64,000 bases of DNA from Candidatus Latescibacterota bacterium (GCA_965198115.1 OZ240241.1:2720001-2784000); one strand, 5' to 3'. Positions 1-10,154 are shown, numbered from the stretch's first letter. Made by a program: numbers and translations. Notes: generated by a model from the letters alone, not told the origin.

Positions 1-630
1 TACGAATTCGAAAGAGAAGACAGCGGGCGCAAAGAAGAGAATCGGCAGAAACTCGCCGACTTCCTTGAACTCTGTGACAAATTCGACGCTACGGTCGTGG
101 AGCAGCGGGACTGGAACACGCGGGATCTGATTCACTACGTTGCCATTTCTACCACGATCGTCGTCACGATGACCGTGTCCGACAAATACCTCAACATCCA
201 GACCAGCCAGATCAGAGAGAAATTCAACACGTATCGCGCCGAGTACGTCTCCGTGCCGGATCGGCTCGCCGTGTCGGTCGAATCCCCACCGGTGGAAAAG
301 CTCGATCTCCACGAGATCGTGACCTGCAACAGCTGTGGTCGCAGCACCCCCTACGACGGATACTTCCAGCACTGCGTTCACTGCGGTGTGCAGATGGACA
401 CCCTCGTCAAAACCTGCCAACGATGCGACAAGGGTGTGCTCTATCATCCTTCGTTCTCATACTGCCCTGTCTGCGGGGGCGAACTCGCCCAGGACATCGT
501 CGGCGGTCCGCCCCTCAACGAGCTCGATCCAAACGGGCTCGTCTGGGGAATCCCATCGCGTGAGGAGGACGAGGATTCGTTGCCCCCACCGGGCCCCGAG
601 TCGGGGGCGAATCCAGGGCCTTCGCCGTAG
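1..630 (+). CDS. Double zinc-ribbon domain protein, 5' partial, with Pro-rich C-terminal tail
   Basis: Frame 1 is open from base 1. Four CxxC pairs (CNSC, CVHC, CQRC, CPVC). Confidence 0.75.
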   Translation, partial: YEFEREDSGRKEENRQKLADFLELCDKFDATVVEQRDWNTRDLIHYVAISTTIVVTMTVSDKYLNIQTSQIREKFNTYRAEYVSVPDRLAVSVESPPVEKLDLHEIVTCNSCGRSTPYDGYFQHCVHCGVQMDTLVKTCQRCDKGVLYHPSFSYCPVCGGELAQDIVGGPPLNELDPNGLVWGIPSREEDEDSLPPPGPESGANPGPSP

Positions 631-833
631 GGTAGCTCGTGTGTTCCCCGCTACGCGAGGAACGAGTGATGATTCGATATTCAGGAAGACTGAGACGATC
701 AATGGTTAGAGGACCTGCCAAAGAGTAAAACCCCTTCCAAATATCCCAACAGCCGGACGTATGGGCCGGCGATTCCTCTTTCTACTGGCGAACGTATGGG
801 TCGCCGTCAAACGTTTCATCAAAGGAGGAAAGC

Positions 834-1367
834 GTGGACGATCTCTTCACCATCACCCAACCGACGAGTACGGAAGCGCTCGCCGCTTTTACCGACCTGA
901 CCGGGTTCTATCGTGCCTCGCAAAGTTTGTCGGACGAGGATATGACTTCGATGCTCGACGCCTACTACGAACTCGTGGGGAGGATCGTCGAAGACGGGGG
1001 CGGCAAAGTCGTGAAGTTTATGGGCGATGCCGCTTTCATGCTCTTCTCGTCGACCCAGGTGAACGAGGGGGTTGCCGCCTTGCTCACCCTGAAAACAGAC
1101 GGCGATGCCTGGCTCAGCAGCCGCGACCTGTCCTCGCGTCAAATCATCAAGGCCCATTTCGGCCCCGTGTGCTGTGCGCCCGTCGGCACGTCGTCCGAAA
1201 AGCGGTTCGATGCATTCGGGCAGACGATTTGTATCGCGGCGACAATGCGGTCGGATGGGCTGGCCATTTCGGCGCAAGCATTTCGGAAGTTGACGGCTGA
1301 AACGCGGAAGGCGTTCAAGAAGCACACGCCACCGGTGACCTACATACCAGTGGGGCAGAGACACTAG
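834..1367 (+). CDS. Stand-alone class III adenylate/guanylate cyclase domain protein
   Basis: FTDLTGF and VVKFMGDAAF motifs. Strong SD AAGGAGG before GTG. Confidence 0.85.
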   Translation: MDDLFTITQPTSTEALAAFTDLTGFYRASQSLSDEDMTSMLDAYYELVGRIVEDGGGKVVKFMGDAAFMLFSSTQVNEGVAALLTLKTDGDAWLSSRDLSSRQIIKAHFGPVCCAPVGTSSEKRFDAFGQTICIAATMRSDGLAISAQAFRKLTAETRKAFKKHTPPVTYIPVGQRH

Positions 1368-1531
1368 CAGAGGAGCAGGGGAGGGAGCGGAGGGCGTAGA
1401 GCGGCGAACGGGCGACCGTGAGAGCGGGCGTGGCGATGGCGCTTTGCGAGGACCGTTGAGCGAACGGCAGGTATTACCCTACAGTTTTCCGGTTCGGCAA
1501 GGCTCTAACTCAACAGGCGTGTAGCAAACGG

Positions 1532-1559
1532 GTAGGGCACGGCATGCCGTGGGCCCTAC
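1532..1559. repeat. REP-like palindrome (GTAGGG...CCCTAC type)
   Basis: GTAGGGCACGGCATGCCGTGGGCCCTAC is an imperfect palindrome with a GTAG end, lying between convergent genes. Confidence 0.6.
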
Positions 1560-1642
1560 GATCGTGGAGATTTCTCACCCGATTATCGGCTTGTGTCTGC
1601 GAGACGTGTTCGAAATGACAGGCTGACAATGCCCTCAGAAAA

Positions 1643-2182
1643 TTAGTCGGGCAGATTCTCCTCACCAATCTCCGCGAGCGTCGGGTTGGCAGCGTCTCGG
1701 GCGGACAGCTCGGGCGAGGTCGCGCCCCAATCGATCCCGATGTCGGGGTCATTCCACGCAACGCCGTTCTCGTCGGTTCCGTCGTAGTAATTGTCGACGA
1801 GATAGGTCAGCACGACATCCGACTCCGCATAGAAGCCGTGGGCAACGCCGACGGGGATGAACAGCCCACGCCAATCGACTTCCCCCATTTCCAGCACTTC
1901 TGTTTTCTTGAAGCTGGCAGACGATCTCCGTAGATCGCAAAGTCCGACGCGAACGCGGCCGACGGGAACGAACCAATAGTCGACCTGATGATGGTGGTAG
2001 TGCAGCCCGCGCAACACCCCCGCCGACGAAAACGATGCGTTCGTCTGAATTCGTTCCCAGGGGCGCTGGGGAAACCACTCCGCCCGGAACGTCTCGATGA
2101 ACCGACCGCGGTCGTCGCCGTGAGCGGTCAGCGCAACCCTCTGGACACCTGCGATGACATCGGACGCTTCGATCTCGGGCAT
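1643..2182 (-). CDS. rmlC: dTDP-4-dehydrorhamnose 3,5-epimerase
   Basis: DDRGRFIE, GVLRGLHY and GVAHGF motifs. Start overlaps the rmlB stop (TGATG). Confidence 0.93.
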   Translation of the reverse strand: MPEIEASDVIAGVQRVALTAHGDDRGRFIETFRAEWFPQRPWERIQTNASFSSAGVLRGLHYHHHQVDYWFVPVGRVRVGLCDLRRSSASFKKTEVLEMGEVDWRGLFIPVGVAHGFYAESDVVLTYLVDNYYDGTDENGVAWNDPDIGIDWGATSPELSARDAANPTLAEIGEENLPD

Positions 2183-3198
2183 CACTTCTTCCAGTTCGAC
2201 TCGTCGATATCGATTCGCTTCAGCAGCGGCTCCCACCATTCCGGGTGATCGCGATACCATTGGATGGTCTGACGAAATCCTTCTTCGAAATCCACCTCGG
2301 GTGACCAGCCCAGTTCGGACCGCAGCTTACCCGAATCGAGAAGATAACGACGATCGTGGCTCGGACGGTCGGGCACGTAGGTCTTGAACGACAGATCGAG
2401 ACCCAGCGTGTCCAGAATCCGATCGGCGATGCCCTCCACGTCGATCTCCAGCCCGCTCCCCACGTTGTACGTCTCGCCTACGGCCCCCTTCTTCAGGATC
2501 AGATCGATTGCCGTGCAGTGATCGAAGGCGTGGAGCCATTCGCGTTTGTTCTGACTGCTCTTGTAGAGCGTCAGCTTCTCTCCTTGAAGCGCGAGCGTCG
2601 CGAACCGGGGGATCACCTTTTCCGGAAACTGGTAAGGGCCATAGTTGTTCGCGCAGTTCGAGATCGTCACAGGCAAGCCGAACGTCAGATGGAACGTGCG
2701 AACCGCCATATCGGCTGCCGCTTTCGACGCGTTGTAGGGTGTCTTGGGCTCGTAGGGTGATTCCTCTGTAAACACCTCATCCGTCTCCAGATCCAGATCG
2801 CCGTAAACCTCACACGTCGAAATGTGATGAAAGCGTGGGACCTCCGCATCGCGCGCAGCCTTCATCAATTGAACCGTGCCGACGACATTCGTCTGAAAGA
2901 AATCCTCCGGGTGCAGCACACCGCGGCTGTTGTGCGACTCGGCAGCGAAGTTCACGATGTAGTCGGGCTGGTGCTTCTTGAATAGCGCAAGTGTGCGACC
3001 GTAATCTCCGATGTCTCCCTGCTCGAAGACATAGTGCGAGCCGGCCGATTCGGCCACATCGTCCAGACTCTCTTCACAACCGGCGTAGGTCAGCAGATCG
3101 TAATTGATCGCAGTGTCATCCGGATACCGTTTCAGCCAGTAGCGAATGAAATTGGACCCGATGAAACCCGCACCGCCTGTTACGAATATCGTGGCCAA
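2182..3198 (-). CDS. rmlB: dTDP-glucose 4,6-dehydratase
   Basis: GGAGFIG, NFAAESH, YNASK, NNYGPYQFPEK and DRPSHDRRY motifs. Confidence 0.95.
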   Translation of the reverse strand: MATIFVTGGAGFIGSNFIRYWLKRYPDDTAINYDLLTYAGCEESLDDVAESAGSHYVFEQGDIGDYGRTLALFKKHQPDYIVNFAAESHNSRGVLHPEDFFQTNVVGTVQLMKAARDAEVPRFHHISTCEVYGDLDLETDEVFTEESPYEPKTPYNASKAAADMAVRTFHLTFGLPVTISNCANNYGPYQFPEKVIPRFATLALQGEKLTLYKSSQNKREWLHAFDHCTAIDLILKKGAVGETYNVGSGLEIDVEGIADRILDTLGLDLSFKTYVPDRPSHDRRYLLDSGKLRSELGWSPEVDFEEGFRQTIQWYRDHPEWWEPLLKRIDIDESNWKK

Positions 3199-3291
3199 TG
3201 GAAGCCTTTGGTAAGGTTGGATTCGATCTACAGCCTACCAACAGTTATGGGCGATTCTACTCTTTTGAGACCAAAAGACGTCCGCACTCTC

Positions 3292-4257
3292 TCAGAGCAG
3301 AAGTTTTGCCGCGAGCGGCAGGTAGACCGCGTAGAGCACGAGGAGGGCCACTCCCTCGGTCTTGGACAGCCGGTGGTTCGTACGCATCATCAACAACATA
3401 GCCACAACGACGATCAGCATCGTCGGGATCGAGAAGTGGATGAATTCGGACGTAACCACGAGGGGATTGACGACCGCTGACGCGCCGGCGATCCAGCACA
3501 CGTTCAGGACATCCGCACCAAGGATGTTCCCCACGACGATTTCGCCGTGTCCTTTGCGTGCGGCCGTCACGCCCGTCGCGATCTCGGGAAGGCTCGTCCC
3601 GATCGCGATGATCGTCAAACCGACCACGGCCTCGCTGATCCCAAAGGCCGTCGCGATCACCTTCGCTGACTCGACGATCCCGTGGCTGGCGAGCAACACG
3701 CCCACGAGACCGACCACGAACCACAGAATGAGACCCTTCAGAGTCTTCCCGGCGATCGCCTCTTCGATATCGGCCAGCTCTTCGAAGTCTGCATCGGCGC
3801 CCGCGAGCGATGCCGTCCTGTAGGTGTAGACGGTGTAGACGACGAAGAGGACCAGCAGGACGCCCCCTTCGAGCCGCCCCAGTGTTCCGTTCCAGGCCAT
3901 CGCGTAGAGCCCCAGATCGACGACAACGAGGAAGATACCCGTCGAAAGGAGCAAATGACGATCGACCAGAATCGGTGACGCTGCCACGAGCGCCGCAAGC
4001 CCAATCGCGACAGTATCGTCGACGATCACCGACCCGATCGCGTTACCGAGCGCGATCTCAGGAAACCCCTGGATCGCCGAGTTAATCGACACGGCCAGCT
4101 CGGGTGCGGTCGTCGACAGGCTGACGAGCACGATTCCGATCAACATCTTCGGCACGGCGAAGTGCTCGGCGATCCCGACCGCACCGTCGACGAACCAGTC
4201 AGCGCACTTCGTCAGAATCACGAAGCAGACGATGAGCAGCCCGAAGGCGGCCGGCAA
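3292..4257 (-). CDS. Ca2+/cation (K+-dependent Na+/Ca2+) antiporter, YrbG-like
   Basis: Two alpha repeats (STTAPE...GNAIGS and GTSLPE...GNILGA). About 10 TM helices. Confidence 0.9.
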   Translation of the reverse strand: MPAAFGLLIVCFVILTKCADWFVDGAVGIAEHFAVPKMLIGIVLVSLSTTAPELAVSINSAIQGFPEIALGNAIGSVIVDDTVAIGLAALVAASPILVDRHLLLSTGIFLVVVDLGLYAMAWNGTLGRLEGGVLLVLFVVYTVYTYRTASLAGADADFEELADIEEAIAGKTLKGLILWFVVGLVGVLLASHGIVESAKVIATAFGISEAVVGLTIIAIGTSLPEIATGVTAARKGHGEIVVGNILGADVLNVCWIAGASAVVNPLVVTSEFIHFSIPTMLIVVVAMLLMMRTNHRLSKTEGVALLVLYAVYLPLAAKLLL

Positions 4258-4329
4258 GCTGAGGGCTATTGCGCTATCCAGAAGGGGCTCGAAGAGAATC
4301 TGAGATTAAGTAACTGAACTGAAATTGGG

Positions 4330-5100
4330 CTAAACGACGAAGATCGGAGTGGGACGGTCGGGACGGGCGACGTCGATTTGAAAATGCCGACCCATCCCGT
4401 TGAGACCAGCCTCACACGTCGCACGCGCGATTTCGGGACGATTGTTCTCCTGGCTCAGGTGTGCCAGCACCGCGTGCCGCAACCCTTGTTCTGCCAATCG
4501 CCCGATCGCCTCCGCCGAATCGTCGTTGGCCAGGTGTCCGTGCGTGCTGCTGATGCGCCGCTTGAGGTGCCACGGGTAGGATCCGTTCATCAGCAGATCG
4601 CGATCGTAGTTCGACTCCATAATGACCATATCCGCGCCCTGCAGACGATCGAATACGAGCGGGGTCACCTTGCCCATATCCGTCGCGACGGCGACCCGCG
4701 TCTCTCCATCCTCGACCACGAAATTGACGGGGTCAGCAGCGTCGTGCGAAATCGAGAAGGCTCTTGCACGAAGATCGCCGACGGTAAACGTCTCGTCATT
4801 CTCGATCAGCCGGATGCGTTCACGCCCTCGGAACCGACGGCGGGCTGCGTCGAGCGTCCCCCGTGTCATCCAAACGGGGCAGCGAAGCTTCCGCGCCAGC
4901 ACACCGACGCCCGTCACGTGATCCTGGTGCTCGTGGCTGACGAGAATGCCGTGCAGCTTTTTGAGCTCGACGCCGATAGCGGCCAGGCGTTTTGTAATCT
5001 CCTTCGCGGACAGGCCCGCATCGATCAGCAGGCGCGTTGCACCCTTTTGGACGTAGATGGCGTTCCCCGTGCTGCCACTCGCGAGGACGGAAACCTGCAT
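4330..5100 (-). CDS. MBL-fold metallo-hydrolase, YycJ/WalJ-like
   Basis: ASGSTGN, SHEHQDH, SHDA, ESNYD and GHLAN motifs. Confidence 0.9.
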   Translation of the reverse strand: MQVSVLASGSTGNAIYVQKGATRLLIDAGLSAKEITKRLAAIGVELKKLHGILVSHEHQDHVTGVGVLARKLRCPVWMTRGTLDAARRRFRGRERIRLIENDETFTVGDLRARAFSISHDAADPVNFVVEDGETRVAVATDMGKVTPLVFDRLQGADMVIMESNYDRDLLMNGSYPWHLKRRISSTHGHLANDDSAEAIGRLAEQGLRHAVLAHLSQENNRPEIARATCEAGLNGMGRHFQIDVARPDRPTPIFVV

Positions 5101-5101
5101 C

Positions 5102-6331
5102 TCAGCCCCCACTCCGTTCAAAGGCCATACTCGCGAATGACACGAATGAGTTCCGTTCGTCGTCGATGGTGTAGTCGTACTTCAGTAACTGGCCATCCGA
5201 GCCGTCCAGGACCTTCAGCATTGTGTAAATCGACGACGTCCCGCACACGCGGTTGCGATCGCCCTCCCCTCGAATACACGCGAAGAACGCTTCTGGATCA
5301 CCCGTTTTCGCCACATCGATCAGGTTGCGATCGGCCTTCTCCACCCGCGACACGAAGTCATCGTCGAGCGGCTCCTCGTCGCCGAACTGTCGCCCCACGT
5401 GACTGAAGTCCACGCCCGAGATCATCGTGACGGCGCGGCCATCTTCTTCGATCGCGTCACGCAACGCCTCGACCATCTCACACACCCCGGGCAGATCGAC
5501 GGGCGACGCATCGGCCTCGACTGCCTCGTGGAACGACCCGCACAAGATGGGCACGAACGTGATCTCCTCATCCGGGAACAGATACTTGAGAAACACCGTC
5601 TGAAACTCGATCGAGTGCTCGGACTTGTGCGCGTATTCATCCTCGTATAAATCCGTCGACGTGCGTGCGGTGATCGCATCGATCAACCTCTCGTCGGCCG
5701 CCAACGGGCCGAATGGCGTCTCGAACGTCTTCCTGGTCGTCGAGTAGAGCGCCCTCGACTGGTGGCCCGTCCCGAACACGATATAGACGTCAGCCTTCGT
5801 AGCCTCAGCCAATTGTCGATAGGCCCAGGCGAAGGCCGGACCGCCACGACTGAAATCGACGTGGGGGGCGATCAGGCCGTTCAGGACGGTGCCGTTGCGA
5901 CTTCCTGGCCGCCCGGGGCCAGACGCGTCCGTGAAGAACCCGTCGATCAGTTGACGTAGTTCCGCGGGGTCCTTCGGGTAGGACGCACCAGCGTGTACGG
6001 CGGGCCTCACGATGGACTCTCTGTAGACCCGGACTCGTGCGTCGCGATGCTGCCTGAACCGATCGCTATCGAGCAACAGGGCGTCGTCCAGAGACCGGAT
6101 CAGATTCTCGACCTGGTTTTGGTGAATCGTGAGACTCGTTCTCGACTGATAGGCGTCACACAATTCCTGTGGTGACAGACTGCCGTCCATCAGAACCATC
6201 AGGTGGAATGTGTGAAGGGGCACACCGATCCCCTCCTTGCAGAACCCTTCGGGGTCGCGCAGATAGACCATACGCTCGCTCTCGACCTCTACGGGAAAGG
6301 GTTCAACGTATCGGAGTTTGGGATTGGTCAT
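5102..6331 (-). CDS. amrB: MEMO1-family (AmmeMemoRadiSam protein B) with N-terminal extension
   Basis: RPAVHAGASYP, IAPH, EHSIEFQ, DFSHVG and VCG motifs. Confidence 0.88.
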   Translation of the reverse strand: MTNPKLRYVEPFPVEVESERMVYLRDPEGFCKEGIGVPLHTFHLMVLMDGSLSPQELCDAYQSRTSLTIHQNQVENLIRSLDDALLLDSDRFRQHRDARVRVYRESIVRPAVHAGASYPKDPAELRQLIDGFFTDASGPGRPGSRNGTVLNGLIAPHVDFSRGGPAFAWAYRQLAEATKADVYIVFGTGHQSRALYSTTRKTFETPFGPLAADERLIDAITARTSTDLYEDEYAHKSEHSIEFQTVFLKYLFPDEEITFVPILCGSFHEAVEADASPVDLPGVCEMVEALRDAIEEDGRAVTMISGVDFSHVGRQFGDEEPLDDDFVSRVEKADRNLIDVAKTGDPEAFFACIRGEGDRNRVCGTSSIYTMLKVLDGSDGQLLKYDYTIDDERNSFVSFASMAFERSGG

Positions 6332-6483
6332 CTAGCATTGAGGATCGAGAATTGAAGGATAGGCGGTGTCTTCCCCGTCTACGGCATTTTCGGGGTGACA
6401 GATTTCCTCGCAACCGGAATTCCAAGGAGATTGAACAGGATCGCAGGGAAGATGTGCTAAGTATAGTCTGGCCCCCATCCAAG

Positions 6484-8793
6484 TCAAGAATCAGTCTCGG
6501 AAACCTCCGAGTCGGGCGTCGCGACCCTGGCGACCAGGATGCTTACCTCATAGAGGAGGATCAGCGGGAGGGCCATCATCAGCTGCGAAATCGGATCGGG
6601 AGGCGTCAGAAAGGCGGCGAGCACGAATCCTCCGACGAGGGCGAAACGTCTCCCCACCCTCATCGTATCTGCAGTGACCAGGCCGACCTTCGCCAGAAAA
6701 AATGTCGCGACCGGCAGCTCGAAGACGACCCCGAACGCGACGAGGAGCCTCAAGACGAACCCGATGTACATTCCGATGTCAAATTGGGCAACGACCTCCG
6801 TATTCGTCGTCAACCCTACGAGAAACCTGAGCGAAAGAGGGACGACGCCGTAATAGGCGATCGCTGCGCCCGACAGGAAGCAGATCGTGAACGAAATGAT
6901 GATGAAGGATACATACCGACGCTCCATCGGAAAGAGCCCCGGGGCGATGAACGTCCAAACCTGATACAGCAGCCACGGGAGAGACAGTATCACGCCACCC
7001 ACGAGGGCGATATTCAGCTTCACCATGAACATCCCCATCGGCTTCAACGTCACGAGCACGTGATCGGGGTTCATCGTGTGATAGGGCGTCGTCAACAACG
7101 ATAGAATCGCATCACCGAAAACACCGCACACGATTGCACCGACGACGATGCCCCCCAATCCCCGAAGCAAGTTCCACCGAAGCTCCTCGAGATGGTCCAG
7201 AAACGGCATCGGGCGATCATCCTCTGGACCGTCATAGGCTTCCAGCCTTTCCTCGCTTTCTCCTTCCTGTAGCGAGGTCGATGCCGTCGAGTTCTCCTCT
7301 CGAGTCGTCCAGGCCATCACAACGGCTAGGACCGTCACGACCAGACAAGCGAATCCAAAGACGTTTCCAAAACGCGTGTAGACAGTCGTCACGTCATTCA
7401 GCGAAATCGTGGAAGTCAACAAGGCCTCGTGAAAGATGCCTGTCGTTTCGGACATCCGGCCGTACGGATCCACGAACGCCGACACGCCCGTATTCGCGCT
7501 ACGCACGACCGAGCGCCGATTCTCGATCGCTCGAAACACAGCCAGTTGCGCGTGCTGGTAGGGCCCTGAGGTCACGCCGAAATAGCCGTCGTTCGTGATC
7601 ACCACCAGGAATTCAGCGCCTCCCCGAACAAGCTCGAAAGCCTGCTGTGGGAAGACCGAATCGAAGCAGATCATCGATCCGAACGACGTTTCTCCAACGT
7701 CGAACACTGTGAACTGTTCTCCTGAATCCCAGTTGGCAGCGATGAAACCTCCTCCGCTGAACTGGATCTCGCGCAGCCACGGCAATAAGTCCGGAAACGG
7801 CGTTCGCTCACCGAACGGCACCAGCCGCATCTTGTCGTAACGCGGCAGCTCTTGACTCCCGGGCCGGAGCAGGAAGGATGAGTTGAACGATCGCCGGCGA
7901 CCTTCGTGCTCGTCGAGGTGATTGGCCCCGGTGTAGATCGCCACATCGAGCGAATCGACCAGACGCTGAACGCGGTCGCGATAGTGCTGATTGGCTCGAA
8001 GCCCCAGATAGGCCGGCACCGCCGTCTCCGGCCAGACCACGAGATCGGCCCCTCTCGAAACGGCCTCGACCGTCTGCTTCGTCAGGATGGTGAAGTGATA
8101 GTCGAACGGCCGGTATTCTTTGGCCCGGGGCTCGAGATTCGGCTGGGCGATGCCCACGGTCAGAGTCCGATCGCCCGGTTTCGCGTTCGACAGCGTCAGC
8201 CACCCGTGCACAAGCGGGGTCACGACCACGATGGCGAGCGCGATCCACGTCCTCACGTCGCCCTGTCTCCATAGCTGAAACAGAACCAGGTTGATCAGCA
8301 CAATCCAAAATGACACACCGAAGACGCCGGTCACGTCCGCATACTGGATCGCCGGCAGATAGGTGCTCTGCGAGAGTGCCAGAAGGGCCCACGGAAAGCC
8401 CAGATCGCCCAGGCTGTTGAAATACTCGAATCCGACCCAGATGAAGGGCGCCGCCCACGCCGCCGTCGATCCGAATCGCCGAATGCAGGTCGCCGTCGTC
8501 CAGACGACAAGAGCGCGAAACACCGTCATATATAGAACGGCCGCGAGCACACCCGGGCCCGTGATCCAGCTGATCCAATAGAGGGTCGGGGCATAGAAAG
8601 CGATGCCGTGGACGGCACCGGTGATGAAAGCGGCACGTCCGTGGATCACGTGACAGCTCATCAGAAGGGGAATCAGACCGACGTAGGCCAGGAATCCTAG
8701 GGGAAGTGGCGGCAGGGACAATGCGAGGAGGAGACCGGAGATTGCCGGCAGGGCGATTTGGGTGATCGCGGTGGATGGGTTGGGTTGGTTCAT
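6484..8793 (-). CDS. lnt-tatC: Apolipoprotein N-acyltransferase fused to twin-arginine translocase subunit TatC
   Basis: Single 769-aa ORF. Lnt motifs GFPW, WPE, KMRLVPFGE, ICFD, TNDGYF and RSANTG, then an acidic linker, then TatC motifs MPFLDHLEELR, FIAPGL, FELP and TPPD. Confidence 0.92.
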   Translation of the reverse strand: MNQPNPSTAITQIALPAISGLLLALSLPPLPLGFLAYVGLIPLLMSCHVIHGRAAFITGAVHGIAFYAPTLYWISWITGPGVLAAVLYMTVFRALVVWTTATCIRRFGSTAAWAAPFIWVGFEYFNSLGDLGFPWALLALSQSTYLPAIQYADVTGVFGVSFWIVLINLVLFQLWRQGDVRTWIALAIVVVTPLVHGWLTLSNAKPGDRTLTVGIAQPNLEPRAKEYRPFDYHFTILTKQTVEAVSRGADLVVWPETAVPAYLGLRANQHYRDRVQRLVDSLDVAIYTGANHLDEHEGRRRSFNSSFLLRPGSQELPRYDKMRLVPFGERTPFPDLLPWLREIQFSGGGFIAANWDSGEQFTVFDVGETSFGSMICFDSVFPQQAFELVRGGAEFLVVITNDGYFGVTSGPYQHAQLAVFRAIENRRSVVRSANTGVSAFVDPYGRMSETTGIFHEALLTSTISLNDVTTVYTRFGNVFGFACLVVTVLAVVMAWTTREENSTASTSLQEGESEERLEAYDGPEDDRPMPFLDHLEELRWNLLRGLGGIVVGAIVCGVFGDAILSLLTTPYHTMNPDHVLVTLKPMGMFMVKLNIALVGGVILSLPWLLYQVWTFIAPGLFPMERRYVSFIIISFTICFLSGAAIAYYGVVPLSLRFLVGLTTNTEVVAQFDIGMYIGFVLRLLVAFGVVFELPVATFFLAKVGLVTADTMRVGRRFALVGGFVLAAFLTPPDPISQLMMALPLILLYEVSILVARVATPDSEVSETDS

Positions 8794-8840
8794 AGATGCT
8801 GGATGCGAAGGGTAAGAGGTGATTGCTGGGTTTCCGCGCG

Positions 8841-8869
8841 AATATAAACGAGGCCAAAACGGGAGTCAA
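8841..8869 (-). promoter_or_regulatory. Putative sigma-70 promoter for the lnt-tatC operon
   Basis: TTGACT-17 bp-TATATT on the minus strand. Confidence 0.6.
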
Positions 8870-8914
8870 TTTCCGACATTTTGCAAGTCAACGAATTACA
8901 ACGGGTTCCGTCCG

Positions 8915-8943
8915 TTGACAGCGCTGACGCCCGCTTGTATTAT
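8915..8943 (+). promoter_or_regulatory. Putative sigma-70 promoter for bioF
   Basis: TTGACA-17 bp-TATTAT, ending 8 nt before the ATG. Confidence 0.7.
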
Positions 8944-8951
8944 CGGCCACG

Positions 8952-10118
8952 ATGTTACCCGACCTGACCTCTGAACTCGCCGATCTCGAGCGGAACGATC
9001 TGCGTCGACGGCTGCGCACGGTCGAGCGAGCCGGTGACACGATCATCTCCGTCGACGGCCGCGAGTGCGTGTTGTTCTGCTCGAACAACTACCTCAGCCT
9101 CTCCACGCATCCCTCCCTGCGACGTGCCGCATCGATCGCGATCGACACCTACGGTGCGAGCTCGGTCGCATCCGCGCTCATCTGTGGCCACACGTCCGCA
9201 CACGATGAAGCACACGCTCGAATCGCATCCCTCATCGGCGCAGAGAGCGCCCTCTCGTTCCCCACCGGGTATGCGGCGAATCTCGGCGCCGTTACTACGC
9301 TCGTCGGGAAGGGCGACGCCGTTTACAGCGACGCGCTCAACCACCGCAGCCTCATAGACGCCTGCCGCCTCTCCCGCGCCAACGTTCACATCTACCGCCA
9401 CCGGGACGTCCACCATCTTGCAGAACTGGTTTCAGCCAACCCGGAAGCACGGCGACACCTGATCGCGACCGATGGTGTCTTCAGTATGGACGGTGACCTC
9501 GCGCCCTTACCCGAGCTCGTCGATCTCGCTGAACAAAAAGAGGCTATGCTCCTGGTCGACGACGCACACGCCACAGGCGTCTTCGGACAGCGTGGCGGCG
9601 GAACGGGAGACCACTTCGGCCTATCCGATCGAATCGATGTCCTCACCACCTCGGCCAGCAAAGGGCTCGGAAGCTTCGGGGGATACGTCGCCGGATCAGA
9701 GCAGTTAATCGAACTCATCATCAATCGGGCCGGGACCTACATCTTCACGTCCGCGCTCCCCCCGGAGCATTGTGCGGCAACCACGGCAGCCGTCGAACGC
9801 GTGCGAGATGAACCCCAACGACGCCAACGAGTCCTCTCTTTGGCTGCAGACGTCCGCGGCCGATTGTGCGAACTCGGTTTCGACACGCTCGATTCGTCCT
9901 CGCAGATCATCCCCATCGTCATCGGTGACGCCCAGCGGACGATCGAGGTTGCCAACCACCTGTTCGAGCGTGGGATCTACCTGTTGGGCATCCGCCCGCC
10001 GACCGTCCCCGAGGGGTCGAGTCGGTTGCGGCTTTCGCTAATGGCGGATCACACTGATGAACAGATCGATCAATTGCACGTGGGGCTTGTGGAGGTAAAG
10101 GAAAAGTTAGGGTTGTAA
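8952..10118 (+). CDS. bioF: 8-amino-7-oxononanoate synthase (class II aminotransferase)
   Basis: FCSNNYL, GYAAN, DGVFSMDG, DDAH, SKGLG (PLP Lys) and IRPPTVP motifs. Confidence 0.88.
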   Translation: MLPDLTSELADLERNDLRRRLRTVERAGDTIISVDGRECVLFCSNNYLSLSTHPSLRRAASIAIDTYGASSVASALICGHTSAHDEAHARIASLIGAESALSFPTGYAANLGAVTTLVGKGDAVYSDALNHRSLIDACRLSRANVHIYRHRDVHHLAELVSANPEARRHLIATDGVFSMDGDLAPLPELVDLAEQKEAMLLVDDAHATGVFGQRGGGTGDHFGLSDRIDVLTTSASKGLGSFGGYVAGSEQLIELIINRAGTYIFTSALPPEHCAATTAAVERVRDEPQRRQRVLSLAADVRGRLCELGFDTLDSSSQIIPIVIGDAQRTIEVANHLFERGIYLLGIRPPTVPEGSSRLRLSLMADHTDEQIDQLHVGLVEVKEKLGL

Positions 10119-10154
10119 CCAGACGCGTGGAACTGAAGTCCCACGCAACTGCAG

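Noticed and set aside
4378-8869. Long overlapping ORFs (4378-5406, 6169-7104, 7808-8869) and similar ones elsewhere
   Set aside because: Shadow ORFs of well-supported genes in GC-rich DNA, with no motifs.
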